Positions 19,714 through 29,724 of a stretch of DNA of 64,000 nucleotides are shown piece after piece. A program made the translations under genes and the position numbers. The stretch covers positions 128,001-192,000 of the forward strand of contig CBDESZ010000016.1 of assembly GCA_965242725.1 (NCBI GenBank), given 5' to 3'. The stretch comes from Alkalispirochaeta sp. (lineage in GTDB: Bacteria > Spirochaetota > Spirochaetia > DSM-27196 > Alkalispirochaetaceae). The notes under the pieces were generated by a model. That model saw nothing but the letters and a program-made list of their open reading frames with translations. It did not search any database and was not told the DNA's origin. Position 1 is the stretch's first letter, and each line of letters opens with the position of its first letter.

Positions 19714-20735
19714 ACCTCACCGTCCTCACCGGGTCCCGGTTCAACGATAACGACTTCTTTGCGACTTCGCTTGAAAAAGACGGCGCTGACCAGGCCGAAA
19801 ATAATGATAAGGTTCGCAAGTAAATCCTGGTAAAAGGTCGAAGGATTGAATCCGGGAATCATCACCTGCATGCGGTTGAACGCGAAAAAGACGATATTGG
19901 AGACGATAACGAAGAAAAGCGCTCCCGATACGGTTCCTCCAACGGATCCCCAGCCGGAGTCAAACATGGTACCTCCCAGGATGACCGTGGCAAGGGACTT
20001 GAGCGTGTAGGGCCCCCCGATCAGGGGATCACCCGCACCCATGTATGCGGTAAGGCTCAATCCCGCGCACCCGCTGAAGAACCCTCCGAGGGTGAAGGCG
20101 GCCAGTTTGGTCAGTTCCACATTGATACCGGAGACGTAGGCGTTACGCTGATTTCCCCCGACCGCCCGGATATGCTTGCCCAGGGGCATGCGAAAAATGA
20201 AGAGCCAGAGGAGCACCGCCGCGGCGATGACAAATACGGGAGTCGGAATACCCAAGGTAAAACCGCCGAAACGGGTGTAGATTTCCCGGGGTACCGAGCC
20301 GCCCGGCGACGGGAGGACTACCAGGGCAAGTCCGAGGACAATGGACATGCTTGCAAAAGTTGACAGAAAAGGTGGAAGCCGCACATAGGCGACAACAAGA
20401 CCGTTGAGAAAACCGATCGCCGTCCCGGCGAGGAGTGCCAGTGCCCACGCCTGGAATATCGGCAGGCCAAGCTGATTGCTCGCCGTAATGGCCACGGCGT
20501 TGACGAAGGCAATATTGGCTCCCAGGGAGAGATCGACGCCGCCGACGAGGATTACCGTCATTTGCGCCATTGAGACGAGGATTAACGGTGTCGCCGTATT
20601 GATGATGGAGCTGAAGTTCCACGGCCGGAAAAAATCCCCCCCCTGGATGAGAATATTGATCCCGATCGCGATAAGAACCAGCACGTATCCCGGTGCCGAG
20701 GGGGAGCTGCCAAGAAATTTTTTCAAACGCTTCAT
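19710..20735 (-). CDS. Sugar ABC transporter permease (CUT2/RbsC-like)
   Basis: GGVDLSLG, GKHIRAVGGN, ATVILGG. Confidence 0.93.
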   Translation of the reverse strand: MKRLKKFLGSSPSAPGYVLVLIAIGINILIQGGDFFRPWNFSSIINTATPLILVSMAQMTVILVGGVDLSLGANIAFVNAVAITASNQLGLPIFQAWALALLAGTAIGFLNGLVVAYVRLPPFLSTFASMSIVLGLALVVLPSPGGSVPREIYTRFGGFTLGIPTPVFVIAAAVLLWLFIFRMPLGKHIRAVGGNQRNAYVSGINVELTKLAAFTLGGFFSGCAGLSLTAYMGAGDPLIGGPYTLKSLATVILGGTMFDSGWGSVGGTVSGALFFVIVSNIVFFAFNRMQVMIPGFNPSTFYQDLLANLIIIFGLVSAVFFKRSRKEVVIVEPGPGEDGEV

Positions 20736-22231
20736 TTTTTAACCCCCAGCATCGCAGAGACGAGGCGCTCTTCCTTGAGACCCTCGCCGCGTAACACATC
20801 GACAATTCTGCCTTCATAGAAAACAAGGATCGTGTCCGCCAGATCCAGCAGCTCCTCGTTTTCACTTGAGGATATGATTATCGCTGTTCCGTCCTGGGCC
20901 ATACGGCGCAGCAGGGTGTGAATCTCGAGGCGGGAGGTGACGTCGACCCCTTTTGTCGGATCATCGAGCAGGAGAACCCGCGGTTTCACCTTGAGCCAGC
21001 GTCCAACAACCAGCTTCTGCTGATTCCCTCCGCTGAGACTGTTCGCCTGATCCGACGCACTTCCGATTTTTATTGAGAGTTTCTTGACCATCTCCTCCGC
21101 GCCGTCGGCAATGACGCCGGGACTGACAGGCGCGGCGATTGTCTGCTTTGCAAATTCCGCCATATAGATATTGTCTATGATGGGTCTGACGGGAAAGATC
21201 CCTTCCCGTTCCCGATCACCCGGAATAAAACCGAACCCATGACGGACGGCGTCCGCCGCAGACTTGAATCGTACCGATTCGCCGTCAATGAGTATCTCCC
21301 CGGAATCCGGTCTGAGATAGCCATAGACGGCGCGAAGGAGCTCTTCCTGGCCCTGCCCCTGCAGACCGCCAATCCCGATTATCTGCCCCTTCCTTGCTGA
21401 AAAGCTCACTCCCTGCACTTTGGGGTCAAGACGCAGATCGCGAACTTCCAACAGCACTTCCTCGGTCACCCGCGTTTCCTGATCCTCGTCGGAACGCTGA
21501 AGTTGACTCACCTTCATTCCGGTCATGTGGTATACCAGGTCGTGTTCTTCGACTTCCCCGGTGTGCACCTCCGCGACGCTTTTACCGCCGCGTAGAATGG
21601 TCGCCGTGTCGCACAGCTCAAACACCTCGTCCAGCCGATGTGAGACAAAGACGATTGCCATCCCTTCGTCCCGGAGCTTCTTGAGTACCGTAAAAACGCT
21701 CTTTACCTGTTCTCTCCGCAGGGAGGCCGTTACCTCGTCCAGCAGCAATACCTTCGGTTGCCGGGAGAGCGCCTTCGCTATTTCGACGATGCTTAAGGTG
21801 GAAGAGTCCAGGTCCATGGCGAGGGCGTCCATGTTTACTCTGGTGTTGAGTTGTCGAAGATACTCTTCAGCGAGAGCCGTTACCCGTCGTTCATCGACGA
21901 CGCCCCGCCGGGTCGGCTCGTTTCCGAGCATGATGTTTTCCGCAACGGGGAGGCGCGGAATGAGGCTGAGATCCTGATAGGCCGCCGCTATTCCCAGTAC
22001 GCGTGAATCCCGGGGAGAACGGATCTGCACCTTTCTCCCGTCCATGGTGACGGTGCCAGTGTCCCTGCGTACCAGCCCGCTCAGAATCTTCACCATGGTG
22101 CTCTTCCCGGAGCCGTTGGCCCCGAGAAGGGCCCGGATCTCTCCGGGCCGCACCGTGAGTGATGCCTCATTGAGGGCGTGGACCGCGCCAAACGCCTTTG
22201 ATACATTCGTCAGTTCAAGCAAGTCCGGCAT
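20732..22231 (-). CDS. Sugar ABC transporter ATP-binding protein (two ABC domains)
   Basis: GANGSGKST, LSGGNQQK, LLLDDPTKGVD. Confidence 0.95.
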   Translation of the reverse strand: MPDLLELTNVSKAFGAVHALNEASLTVRPGEIRALLGANGSGKSTMVKILSGLVRRDTGTVTMDGRKVQIRSPRDSRVLGIAAAYQDLSLIPRLPVAENIMLGNEPTRRGVVDERRVTALAEEYLRQLNTRVNMDALAMDLDSSTLSIVEIAKALSRQPKVLLLDEVTASLRREQVKSVFTVLKKLRDEGMAIVFVSHRLDEVFELCDTATILRGGKSVAEVHTGEVEEHDLVYHMTGMKVSQLQRSDEDQETRVTEEVLLEVRDLRLDPKVQGVSFSARKGQIIGIGGLQGQGQEELLRAVYGYLRPDSGEILIDGESVRFKSAADAVRHGFGFIPGDREREGIFPVRPIIDNIYMAEFAKQTIAAPVSPGVIADGAEEMVKKLSIKIGSASDQANSLSGGNQQKLVVGRWLKVKPRVLLLDDPTKGVDVTSRLEIHTLLRRMAQDGTAIIISSSENEELLDLADTILVFYEGRIVDVLRGEGLKEERLVSAMLGVKK

Positions 22232-22253
22232 CCTCTACCATGTGACTGCTGCA

Positions 22254-23291
22254 CTAATCGACAAAGAACTCGTCGACCTGCTCCTCGGTCATCACCGAGT
22301 CAATGTAGTCATTGTCAGCGAGATGGGCGGTCTTCTCTACCCACTCGTCCCGTGTGTCCCGGGTGATGATGAGATTCTGGGCGAGGCGGATGACATTTCC
22401 GTCTTCCAGTTTGGCGGGATCGAGTTCCTGTCCGCCGAGAAGCCGAACGCCGATCATTAATCCATGTACGCCCACCGCCGGCGGATTCTCAACCATGATT
22501 GAGTTGTAGTCATGCTCGGCCCAGGTTCGAAGTCCGTCGATAGACTCGTCACCACTGATCGCCTGGGGAAAATCCCGGCCGGCTTCCACAAATGCGGCCA
22601 CGATACCTGGAGTCGCCTCCTGGGTGAGCACCGCGTCTATCTGCGGATGTGCCGCGAGAAGTCCCGCCATGAGCTGCTTTGCCTTGGAGGTGTTCCATCC
22701 GTGATACTCGGTGGCGAGGACTTCCACTTCAGGATACCGTGCGAGATAGGCTTCGTAGATACTCTCCCGCTCGTCGTTTGCCGGTACACCCGCAATGGCA
22801 TTGAAATGAATGATCTTCCCTGAGTAGTCGATCTGCTCGAGCAACCATTCAACGTGGAGTTTCGCGTAGTTGTACTGGTCGTTGGTAACGGTAATGACGT
22901 CGGGATGGTCGATTGTGGAATCGACGGCAATAACGAGAATGCCCCGCTGCACCGCGCGATCGATGATCGGGTTCAATGACGTTGAAGAGACGGGATTGAC
23001 GAGAATCAGGTCTACCCCCTGGTTAACCAGTTGCTCCATTTGCTGCGACTGCACCGACGCCTCATTGTTGGCCGAGAATGCCGAGTACTCCGAGACAAGT
23101 CCCTGCTCCTTGTATTCGTCGATCTTCGCCTGAATGTTGTTTTCAAACTGGATTCTCCAGGCGTTGTTGTTATTTGCATTGAGCAACGCAACGCGATAGC
23201 CACCGCCCTCCTCTGCGGTCTCGACGGAACCCGCTGCAAACACCATAACCGCCATTGCAAAGAACAGGATTACTGCAGTTATTCTTTTCAT
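22254..23291 (-). CDS. Sugar ABC transporter substrate-binding protein (Peripla_BP_4-like)
   Basis: Signal peptide MKRITAVILFF...FAAGSVE; GVDLILVNP; GGAG RBS. Confidence 0.9.
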   Translation of the reverse strand: MKRITAVILFFAMAVMVFAAGSVETAEEGGGYRVALLNANNNNAWRIQFENNIQAKIDEYKEQGLVSEYSAFSANNEASVQSQQMEQLVNQGVDLILVNPVSSTSLNPIIDRAVQRGILVIAVDSTIDHPDVITVTNDQYNYAKLHVEWLLEQIDYSGKIIHFNAIAGVPANDERESIYEAYLARYPEVEVLATEYHGWNTSKAKQLMAGLLAAHPQIDAVLTQEATPGIVAAFVEAGRDFPQAISGDESIDGLRTWAEHDYNSIMVENPPAVGVHGLMIGVRLLGGQELDPAKLEDGNVIRLAQNLIITRDTRDEWVEKTAHLADNDYIDSVMTEEQVDEFFVD

Positions 23292-23387
23292 CCTACACTC
23301 CTTTGAAAGAATCTTTCCGAATACCGCCAACGGCGGCGTGTCGGTTCATGAATTACCGGAGCGCGCGGCAACACACGCTCCCGTCCC

Positions 23388-24323
23388 CTACATCAGCGGC
23401 GCATTGATGAGCGCCCGCATATACTCGTACGCCATCTGCGTCTGGTCGTGGACGTACTCAATTCCCTGCAGGACGTGGTCCTTCAGCGCGGGATGACAGA
23501 ACTCGAAGGACATGTAACCGTCGTATCCGCTCTTCTTGAGCTCATCCACAAAGGCCGGGTAGTTTACCTGACGCACCCCGAGGAACGGGTATTTGATCAG
23601 CTCCGGTTGCCCGTCACCGTCCCGCAACCACTCCCCGTTGTAATGGGAGAGCACCTGCAGATCGCCGGTATTGCGTACCGCCTGCCGCAGATGCGTCTCT
23701 CCCTGCGATGCTTCACACGGCGCGTCAAGGCAGCATTTGACCCACGGAGAATTGACTTCATTCACCATTTCCAGCATGTATTCATGGCCGTGAATGACCG
23801 GTTCGTGGTTCTGCAGGGCGAGATAGACGCCGTACTCCTCCGCCCATCGGGCGCACTCCTTGATGCAGTCGCGAACCCACCGCCATCGTTCGATTCGTGT
23901 GCTGTCCAGATTGCGTGCCCCGATGCCCTGTCGGGCGATATCGTACGTTGCCACGCCGTCCCGGAAGGTGATTCCGCTCCAGGCGGCAAAGATCCGCAGG
24001 TATTTTGCCCCCAAATCCCGGGTCAGTTTGAGCTGCTCGTGCACCATGACCAGTTCGTTTTCCCGCAGTTCCGGGATCGGACTGGAAAAATTGTTGTTCG
24101 CCGCCATCGCCGGTAACTCGATGTTTCTGCTCGCGGCGTATTCCACAAAGCGCTTGCGCCGGTCGTCGCTCCAGTCGAGGGGAAAGCCGTGCGGCCGCTT
24201 GAGGTCCAGCTCCACACCGTCAAATCCAATCTCGGCGGCACGGTCAACGAGCTGCTCCGGCGTGAGTGCATCTCCCCGGTACCACGTTCCGGAATAGGTA
24301 ATTGAATAGAGACCAAGCTTCAT
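23388..24323 (-). CDS. Sugar phosphate isomerase/epimerase (xylose-isomerase-like TIM barrel)
   Basis: GFDGVEL, LALQNHEP, CCLD, YDGYMSFE; GGAGG RBS. Confidence 0.9.
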   Translation of the reverse strand: MKLGLYSITYSGTWYRGDALTPEQLVDRAAEIGFDGVELDLKRPHGFPLDWSDDRRKRFVEYAASRNIELPAMAANNNFSSPIPELRENELVMVHEQLKLTRDLGAKYLRIFAAWSGITFRDGVATYDIARQGIGARNLDSTRIERWRWVRDCIKECARWAEEYGVYLALQNHEPVIHGHEYMLEMVNEVNSPWVKCCLDAPCEASQGETHLRQAVRNTGDLQVLSHYNGEWLRDGDGQPELIKYPFLGVRQVNYPAFVDELKKSGYDGYMSFEFCHPALKDHVLQGIEYVHDQTQMAYEYMRALINAPLM

Positions 24324-24334
24324 CGTTCCTCCCA

Positions 24335-26467
24335 TTACTTCAGTGCCTGTCTCAGTTCCAGAGACAGCGTATTCACGACGCGTCCGTTCGGGTTGACAAT
24401 CGCACCCCTGTCGGTGTCGTACCCGTCCACCATCAGTCCCGCTTCCGCTCCTTCCCGTACGGCGGCGTGCAGATTTCTCGGTGAAACCGCGTCTCCAACG
24501 CGTATGGTCGGAATACCCGCACGGCGGAGCTCTTCGTGAAGGCTCCCATCCGGCTGCATACGACAGCACACGACGGTGTCGGCTTCGATTTCCCGCGTTT
24601 TGAGATCCCCCGTAAGAACGACGACACGGTCCTGACGGATTTCCACAATCTCGGCGGCTTCCACAATTTCGACGGGATGTCTGAAAGGTTTTGTTTCCAG
24701 TGCAGGGGCAGTTTGCACTTTGAACTGCTGATTCATGACCCAGCGGTGAATCACCTCTATCCCGGCGCCAAACTCCACCTCGGATGTAACGATGGTGACC
24801 CGACGCCCAATCCGCGCGAGGTGAGCTGCCGTGTCCGCCGCAGGGTAGTGATCACCCCAGACAAGGACGCGTTCACCCGTCTTTACCGGCTTCCGGCCGT
24901 TTTGTGGATGAAACTCGCAGCTTACCTTCGGGCAGGTCATCACCGCCTCAAGGGGGAGTACATGAGCCCCCTCGGCTCCCGGCACCCGGGGTCGAACGGA
25001 ACGGGCACCGGTGGCGTCAATGACATAGTCAAACCGCCTGAGTTCCTCCACCGACGGCGGGTGGTTCAATTCCACATGAACCGGCGATTGTCTGATACGG
25101 TCTCGAATCCAGTCGGTGTACCAACGGATCTTTTCCTTGCCGTCTACGAGGCAGCACCCCAAAATGGCCCCGCCCAACTCGCCGCTTCTTTCAAAGAGCG
25201 TCACCGAATGTCCGCGGAGCGAAGCGATGCGTGCCGCCTCCATACCCGCGGGGCCGCCGCCCACCACGCCAACCTTGAGGGGGAACTGGGCGGGTTCGAT
25301 TTCGGTGAAGCGCATGTCGCCGCACGCCGGATTGATGGTGCACGCGATTTCACGCTTGGCCATGATAGAGTCCTGCCAGCACCCTTCAAGACAGGAAATA
25401 CAGCGTCGTATTTCCGACTCCCTGCCTAAAAACGCCTTGGTCGGCCACCAGGGGTCGGCGAGCAGCTGTCGGGAGAGACCCACCATATCGGCCTTCCCCT
25501 CAGCAAGGGCGCGGTCGCAAAATGCCGGATTGCGCAGGGTATGACTCGCCAAAACCGGAATCCGCACCCGCTTCCTGATCGCTTCGGAGATGTGGAGATT
25601 CCATCCCTCTTGTATCTGGATCGGATCGAGGCCGACCGACGGTGCGCCGCTGGTACTGACGTTGATACAGGCCACACCGGCACGCTCCAGCTCCTGCGCC
25701 ACCGCAATGGCCTCCTCAAGATCGCGCCCGCCCGGGGTAAATTCGACGGCGTTAAACCGCACCGAAATTGAGAAGTCCCGGCCGCACTTCTTCTGTATCG
25801 AGGCGACAATTGCGAGAGGAAAACGCATCCGGTTTTCAAAACTGACGCCGAACCGATCGTCCCGCCGATTGAGATAGGGACTCATGAAATCAGAGATCAA
25901 ATAGCCGTGGGCCGCGTGGAGTTCGACACCGTCAAAGCCCGCCTGTCTGACCCGCCACGCCGCCTCGGAAAAGAGGTCCACCATTTCAAGGACTTCATTG
26001 GTGGACATCCCCCGCGCAGTCGTTCCTTTCGACTCGTCATCCGCGTAGACAACTTCGTGACCGGAGCCCCAGAATATCCTGGATACCCGGTCATTGGTGG
26101 TAAACATGTCGCGTCGCGGTATTGAAGACTTTGGACCCGGATGCTGGAGCTGAACCATGCAGCGCGCTCCGTATCGGTGCATCACCTCCGCCAGTCGCGC
26201 CAGCCCGGGAATGTAGTTATCCCCGTCGGCGACGAGGCAGCCCACCGTGGGACGTCCGGTCGCTGCATCCGGCGTGGTGGCGCCGACGATAATGAGGCCC
26301 GTACCGCCCTTGGCAATTTCCTGATGGTGATGAATGTCCCGCTCGCTCACCGATCCGTCCGCGTTTGACGAGCTGGTATCCGTCGGCTGGTGGACAATGC
26401 GATTTGGTATAATCAGTGACCCCACTTCGATCGGCCTGAACAGGTGGGGATATCGCAGATCGTTCAT
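24335..26467 (-). CDS. NADH:flavin oxidoreductase (OYE/BaiCD/FadH-like; FMN, 4Fe-4S, FAD), paralogue 2
   Basis: GFDGVELHAAHGYL, CISCLEGC...CTINP, VVGGGPAGMEAA. Confidence 0.93.
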   Translation of the reverse strand: MNDLRYPHLFRPIEVGSLIIPNRIVHQPTDTSSSNADGSVSERDIHHHQEIAKGGTGLIIVGATTPDAATGRPTVGCLVADGDNYIPGLARLAEVMHRYGARCMVQLQHPGPKSSIPRRDMFTTNDRVSRIFWGSGHEVVYADDESKGTTARGMSTNEVLEMVDLFSEAAWRVRQAGFDGVELHAAHGYLISDFMSPYLNRRDDRFGVSFENRMRFPLAIVASIQKKCGRDFSISVRFNAVEFTPGGRDLEEAIAVAQELERAGVACINVSTSGAPSVGLDPIQIQEGWNLHISEAIRKRVRIPVLASHTLRNPAFCDRALAEGKADMVGLSRQLLADPWWPTKAFLGRESEIRRCISCLEGCWQDSIMAKREIACTINPACGDMRFTEIEPAQFPLKVGVVGGGPAGMEAARIASLRGHSVTLFERSGELGGAILGCCLVDGKEKIRWYTDWIRDRIRQSPVHVELNHPPSVEELRRFDYVIDATGARSVRPRVPGAEGAHVLPLEAVMTCPKVSCEFHPQNGRKPVKTGERVLVWGDHYPAADTAAHLARIGRRVTIVTSEVEFGAGIEVIHRWVMNQQFKVQTAPALETKPFRHPVEIVEAAEIVEIRQDRVVVLTGDLKTREIEADTVVCCRMQPDGSLHEELRRAGIPTIRVGDAVSPRNLHAAVREGAEAGLMVDGYDTDRGAIVNPNGRVVNTLSLELRQALK

Positions 26468-26477
26468 CTGTTGTCGC

Positions 26478-28607
26478 TCATGTGGCCGTCCCCAGTCCGT
26501 GCTGCAGCTCCAGGGAAAGGGTGTCCACAACCCGTCCATTTGGATTGACGAGCGGTGCACCTTCAAGTACCCGTGCTGCCTCCGCCCCTTCTCTCACCGC
26601 GGAGTGAAGATTACGCGGGGCGACAGAGTCGCCCACATTGACGACGGGAATGCCCGCCGCCCGCAGCTGGTCGTACAGCGAGCGGTCGGGAACCATTCGA
26701 CAGCACACAACGGTATCCGCAGGAATCTCCTGTTTCTCAAAACGGTCGTTCATCACCACCACGGCGTTGTCGCGAATCTCGACGATTTCACTCGACTGAA
26801 CCAGCCGCACGGGGTGCTTGAAGGGTTTTGAATCCAGCGCCTCCGCATCGGAGAGGGCAAAGCGCTTACGGAGCACATACATGTGAATGACTTCTATGTT
26901 GCGACCAAACTCGCTCTCCGCGGTGACGATGGTTACGTCCCGTCCCATGCGCGCCAAATGAGCCGCCGTATCCGCGGCGGGATAGTGATCGCCCCAGATC
27001 ACCACCTTTTCCCCCGTCTTATACGGCTTGCGCCCATTTTGGGGATGGTACTCGCAGGAAATCCTGGGGCAGGTAAGAACGCTCTCCATCGATACCACGT
27101 GACTCAGCTCATTCCCCGGAACGTCCGGTTTGGTCGAATGTGCGCCGGTGGCGTTGATGACCATGTCAAAGGAGGAAAGCTCCTCAACGGTGGGCTCATG
27201 ATTGCGCTTCACCGTTACATCCATTTCGCCGATCGTGTCGCGTATCCAATCGGCGTACCAGCGCATCTTCTCTTCCTTCCCTTCCACAAAACAGCAGCCG
27301 AGAATGGCGCCTCCCAGCTCGGCGCTTTTTTCAAAGAGGGTGACCTGGTGACCCCGCAGCGCGGCGATGCGCGCCGCCTCCATGCCGGCGGGTCCGCCGC
27401 CGACAACTGCAAGTTTGATCGCCTCTTTGGCCGGTGCAAGATTGTCGTAGAGGTCGTTTCCACAGCCGGGGTTGATGGAGCACATGATCTCTTTCTTGGC
27501 GAGCATTGAGAGCTGCCAGCACCCTTCCAGACAGGAGATACAACGACGTATCTTTTTCTCCTTGCCGACAAACGCCTTCATGGCCCAGTACGGATCCGCA
27601 AGGATTTGACGGGAAAGACCGACCATGTCGGTTTTGCCCTCCTTCAGGATGCGCTCGCAGTACTCGGGATTCCGCAGGGTGTGGCTGTTGATGACGGGAA
27701 TCCTGACGTGTTTCTTGATCTCTTCAGAATGGAAGACGGTCCACCCCTCGGGGTAGTACATCGGATCAAACCCCGCGGCGGGGCTCTCCTGCACGCACTG
27801 ACTCAAGTCCAGAGCGGCTACACCGGCACGCTCAAACTCCCTGGCTACCTCGACACTCTCTTCCAGGGTCCGTCCCCCGGGAACCCACTCGTCCACGGAG
27901 TAGCGCACGAGAATTGGAAAGCTCTTGCCGCACTTTTTCTGAATGGAAGCGATGATCGCCAGGGGGAAGCGCATTCTGTTCTCAAAGCTGCCGCCGAATC
28001 GGTCGTTCCGCCGATTGATGTAGGGACTCATGAACATTGAAATCAGATATCCGTGGGCGGCGTGAAGTTCAACGCCGTCAAACCCGGCCTGTTTCACCCG
28101 CCACGCGGCTTCGGAGAAGAGGTCCACCATCTCGAGGACCTCGTTCGTCGTCATCGCGCGCGCCTCTTTGCCATGCTCCTCGGCATTCTCGTAGACGATC
28201 TCGTGACCCGCTGACCACGGCAGTTTGAGGACCATGTCGTTTGTGGACATGATGTTGTGGCGGGGTATTGCGCATTGCCGGCCGGGGTGCTGCAGCTGGA
28301 GGACGCATTTCGCGCCGTAACGCTGCATCGACTCCGCCATCCGGGCGAGACCGGGGATATAGTTGTCCCCGTCGGCCACCAGACACGTGACGGTGGGACG
28401 TCCGGACTTGGCGTCCGGAGTGGTCGCCCCGACCACGATGAGCCCCGTGCCGCCCTTGGCGACCTCCGTATGGTGGTGGATGTCCCGCTCACTGACCGAG
28501 CCGTCGGCGTTTGAGGAACTGATATCCGTCGGGACGTGACAGACGCGGTTGGGAACGGTCATGGTACCGATTTCAATGGGTGAAAACAGATGGGGAAACT
28601 TGGTCAC
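26478..28607 (-). CDS. NADH:flavin oxidoreductase (OYE/BaiCD/FadH-like; FMN, 4Fe-4S, FAD), paralogue 1
   Basis: GFDGVELHAAHGYL, CISCLEGC...CSINP, VVGGGPAGMEAA. Confidence 0.93.
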   Translation of the reverse strand: MTKFPHLFSPIEIGTMTVPNRVCHVPTDISSSNADGSVSERDIHHHTEVAKGGTGLIVVGATTPDAKSGRPTVTCLVADGDNYIPGLARMAESMQRYGAKCVLQLQHPGRQCAIPRHNIMSTNDMVLKLPWSAGHEIVYENAEEHGKEARAMTTNEVLEMVDLFSEAAWRVKQAGFDGVELHAAHGYLISMFMSPYINRRNDRFGGSFENRMRFPLAIIASIQKKCGKSFPILVRYSVDEWVPGGRTLEESVEVAREFERAGVAALDLSQCVQESPAAGFDPMYYPEGWTVFHSEEIKKHVRIPVINSHTLRNPEYCERILKEGKTDMVGLSRQILADPYWAMKAFVGKEKKIRRCISCLEGCWQLSMLAKKEIMCSINPGCGNDLYDNLAPAKEAIKLAVVGGGPAGMEAARIAALRGHQVTLFEKSAELGGAILGCCFVEGKEEKMRWYADWIRDTIGEMDVTVKRNHEPTVEELSSFDMVINATGAHSTKPDVPGNELSHVVSMESVLTCPRISCEYHPQNGRKPYKTGEKVVIWGDHYPAADTAAHLARMGRDVTIVTAESEFGRNIEVIHMYVLRKRFALSDAEALDSKPFKHPVRLVQSSEIVEIRDNAVVVMNDRFEKQEIPADTVVCCRMVPDRSLYDQLRAAGIPVVNVGDSVAPRNLHSAVREGAEAARVLEGAPLVNPNGRVVDTLSLELQHGLGTAT

Positions 28608-28688
28608 GAGGCGATCCTTTTCACTTGTTGCGATATGGCGTCGGTCCCGACGGATTGTCCCGCCCGATTCCCCACGCCCATACCTGCG

Positions 28689-29540
28689 CTACAGTGACCG
28701 CAGAAACTCCACGGCCAGCCTGATATCGTCTTCCGGAGAATCACCAACTTCCCGCTCTATGGTGAGGAAGCCGGAGTATCCGATTGTGCGTAAAGCCGAA
28801 AGATAGCGCTCCCAGTCGACGCCGCCCTGACCGAGGGGGACCTCGTCAAAGTACTCGCCGAAATTGAGTCCTTCGATGCCTCCGACGGCAAAGGCTTCGT
28901 ACACTTTGACGGGGTCGCACGGGGCGTAGCGTTTGCCGTCCTTTGCGTGGGTGTGCACGATGTGGTTACCGAGAATGATCGCTTCCTGCGCCGGATCGAG
29001 GCCGAGAACCATGAAAAGATTTGCGGGATCGAAATTGACGGCCATACCGGCGGTGTCGACATCCTGAAGGAACTGCTTCAGACGGGCCGCCGGCTCGGGA
29101 CCCGTTTCGATTGCGAACTGTACACCCCTCGCTTCGGCATACAGACCGATCTCGCGACACGCCTCAACCATTATGGCGTAGGTGTCGCTGGTAACATCTT
29201 CGGGCACGACACCGATATGGGTCGTCACCACGGAGGTGCCCAGATCAACGGCAAGATCAACAATCGCCTTGGAGCGGGGTACTTTGGTGGTGTTTTCTTC
29301 CCGTTGCTGAAAACCGTGGCCACCCAGGTCGCCGCAGAGTGCCGCGATTTCCAGATTCTGACGGGCGCAGAACGCCTTGAAGTCTCTGCGATCGTCGGCG
29401 TTCATTCGCTCCGGGGCGGTGTCACCGTCGACGACCCATACCTGTACGCCGTCGGCACCAACCTCCCGGGCTTTGAGAATTCCTTCCCGCGTACCAACCC
29501 TGAAGGAGTCACTGATCACGCCGACTTTAAAATCCGTCAC
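28689..29540 (-). CDS. Sugar phosphate isomerase/epimerase (TIM barrel)
   Basis: FAIETGPE, VNFDPAN, HTHAKD, FLTIERE; GTG start after GGGGAGAG. Confidence 0.92.
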   Translation of the reverse strand: MTDFKVGVISDSFRVGTREGILKAREVGADGVQVWVVDGDTAPERMNADDRRDFKAFCARQNLEIAALCGDLGGHGFQQREENTTKVPRSKAIVDLAVDLGTSVVTTHIGVVPEDVTSDTYAIMVEACREIGLYAEARGVQFAIETGPEPAARLKQFLQDVDTAGMAVNFDPANLFMVLGLDPAQEAIILGNHIVHTHAKDGKRYAPCDPVKVYEAFAVGGIEGLNFGEYFDEVPLGQGGVDWERYLSALRTIGYSGFLTIEREVGDSPEDDIRLAVEFLRSL

Positions 29541-29624
29541 AAGGCTCTCCCCGCCCGCGGTCGCATCAACCGGTAACAATCGAGGTAGACGCAAACGATA
29601 AGCTAGTGAAAATTGGACTATTTC

Positions 29625-29653
29625 AGCGTAGACCCACTTTTATGGGCTGTCAA
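29625..29653 (-). promoter_or_regulatory. Sigma70-type promoter of the catabolic operon
   Basis: TTGACA-17 bp-TACGCT on the minus strand. Confidence 0.65.
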
Positions 29654-29655
29654 TT

Positions 29656-29701
29656 AATTTGTTTACTGAAATAACATATTTGTCGCTTGATGGAACAAAA
29701 T
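29656..29701. promoter_or_regulatory. Two overlapping 25-bp ROK/XylR-like operator palindromes
   Basis: AATTTGTT-N9-AACATATT (29656-29680) and TATTTGTC-N9-AACAAAAT (29677-29701) between the divergent operon and the ROK gene. Confidence 0.6.
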
Positions 29702-29724
29702 AATTGCTTCATAGTAGAAATAAT

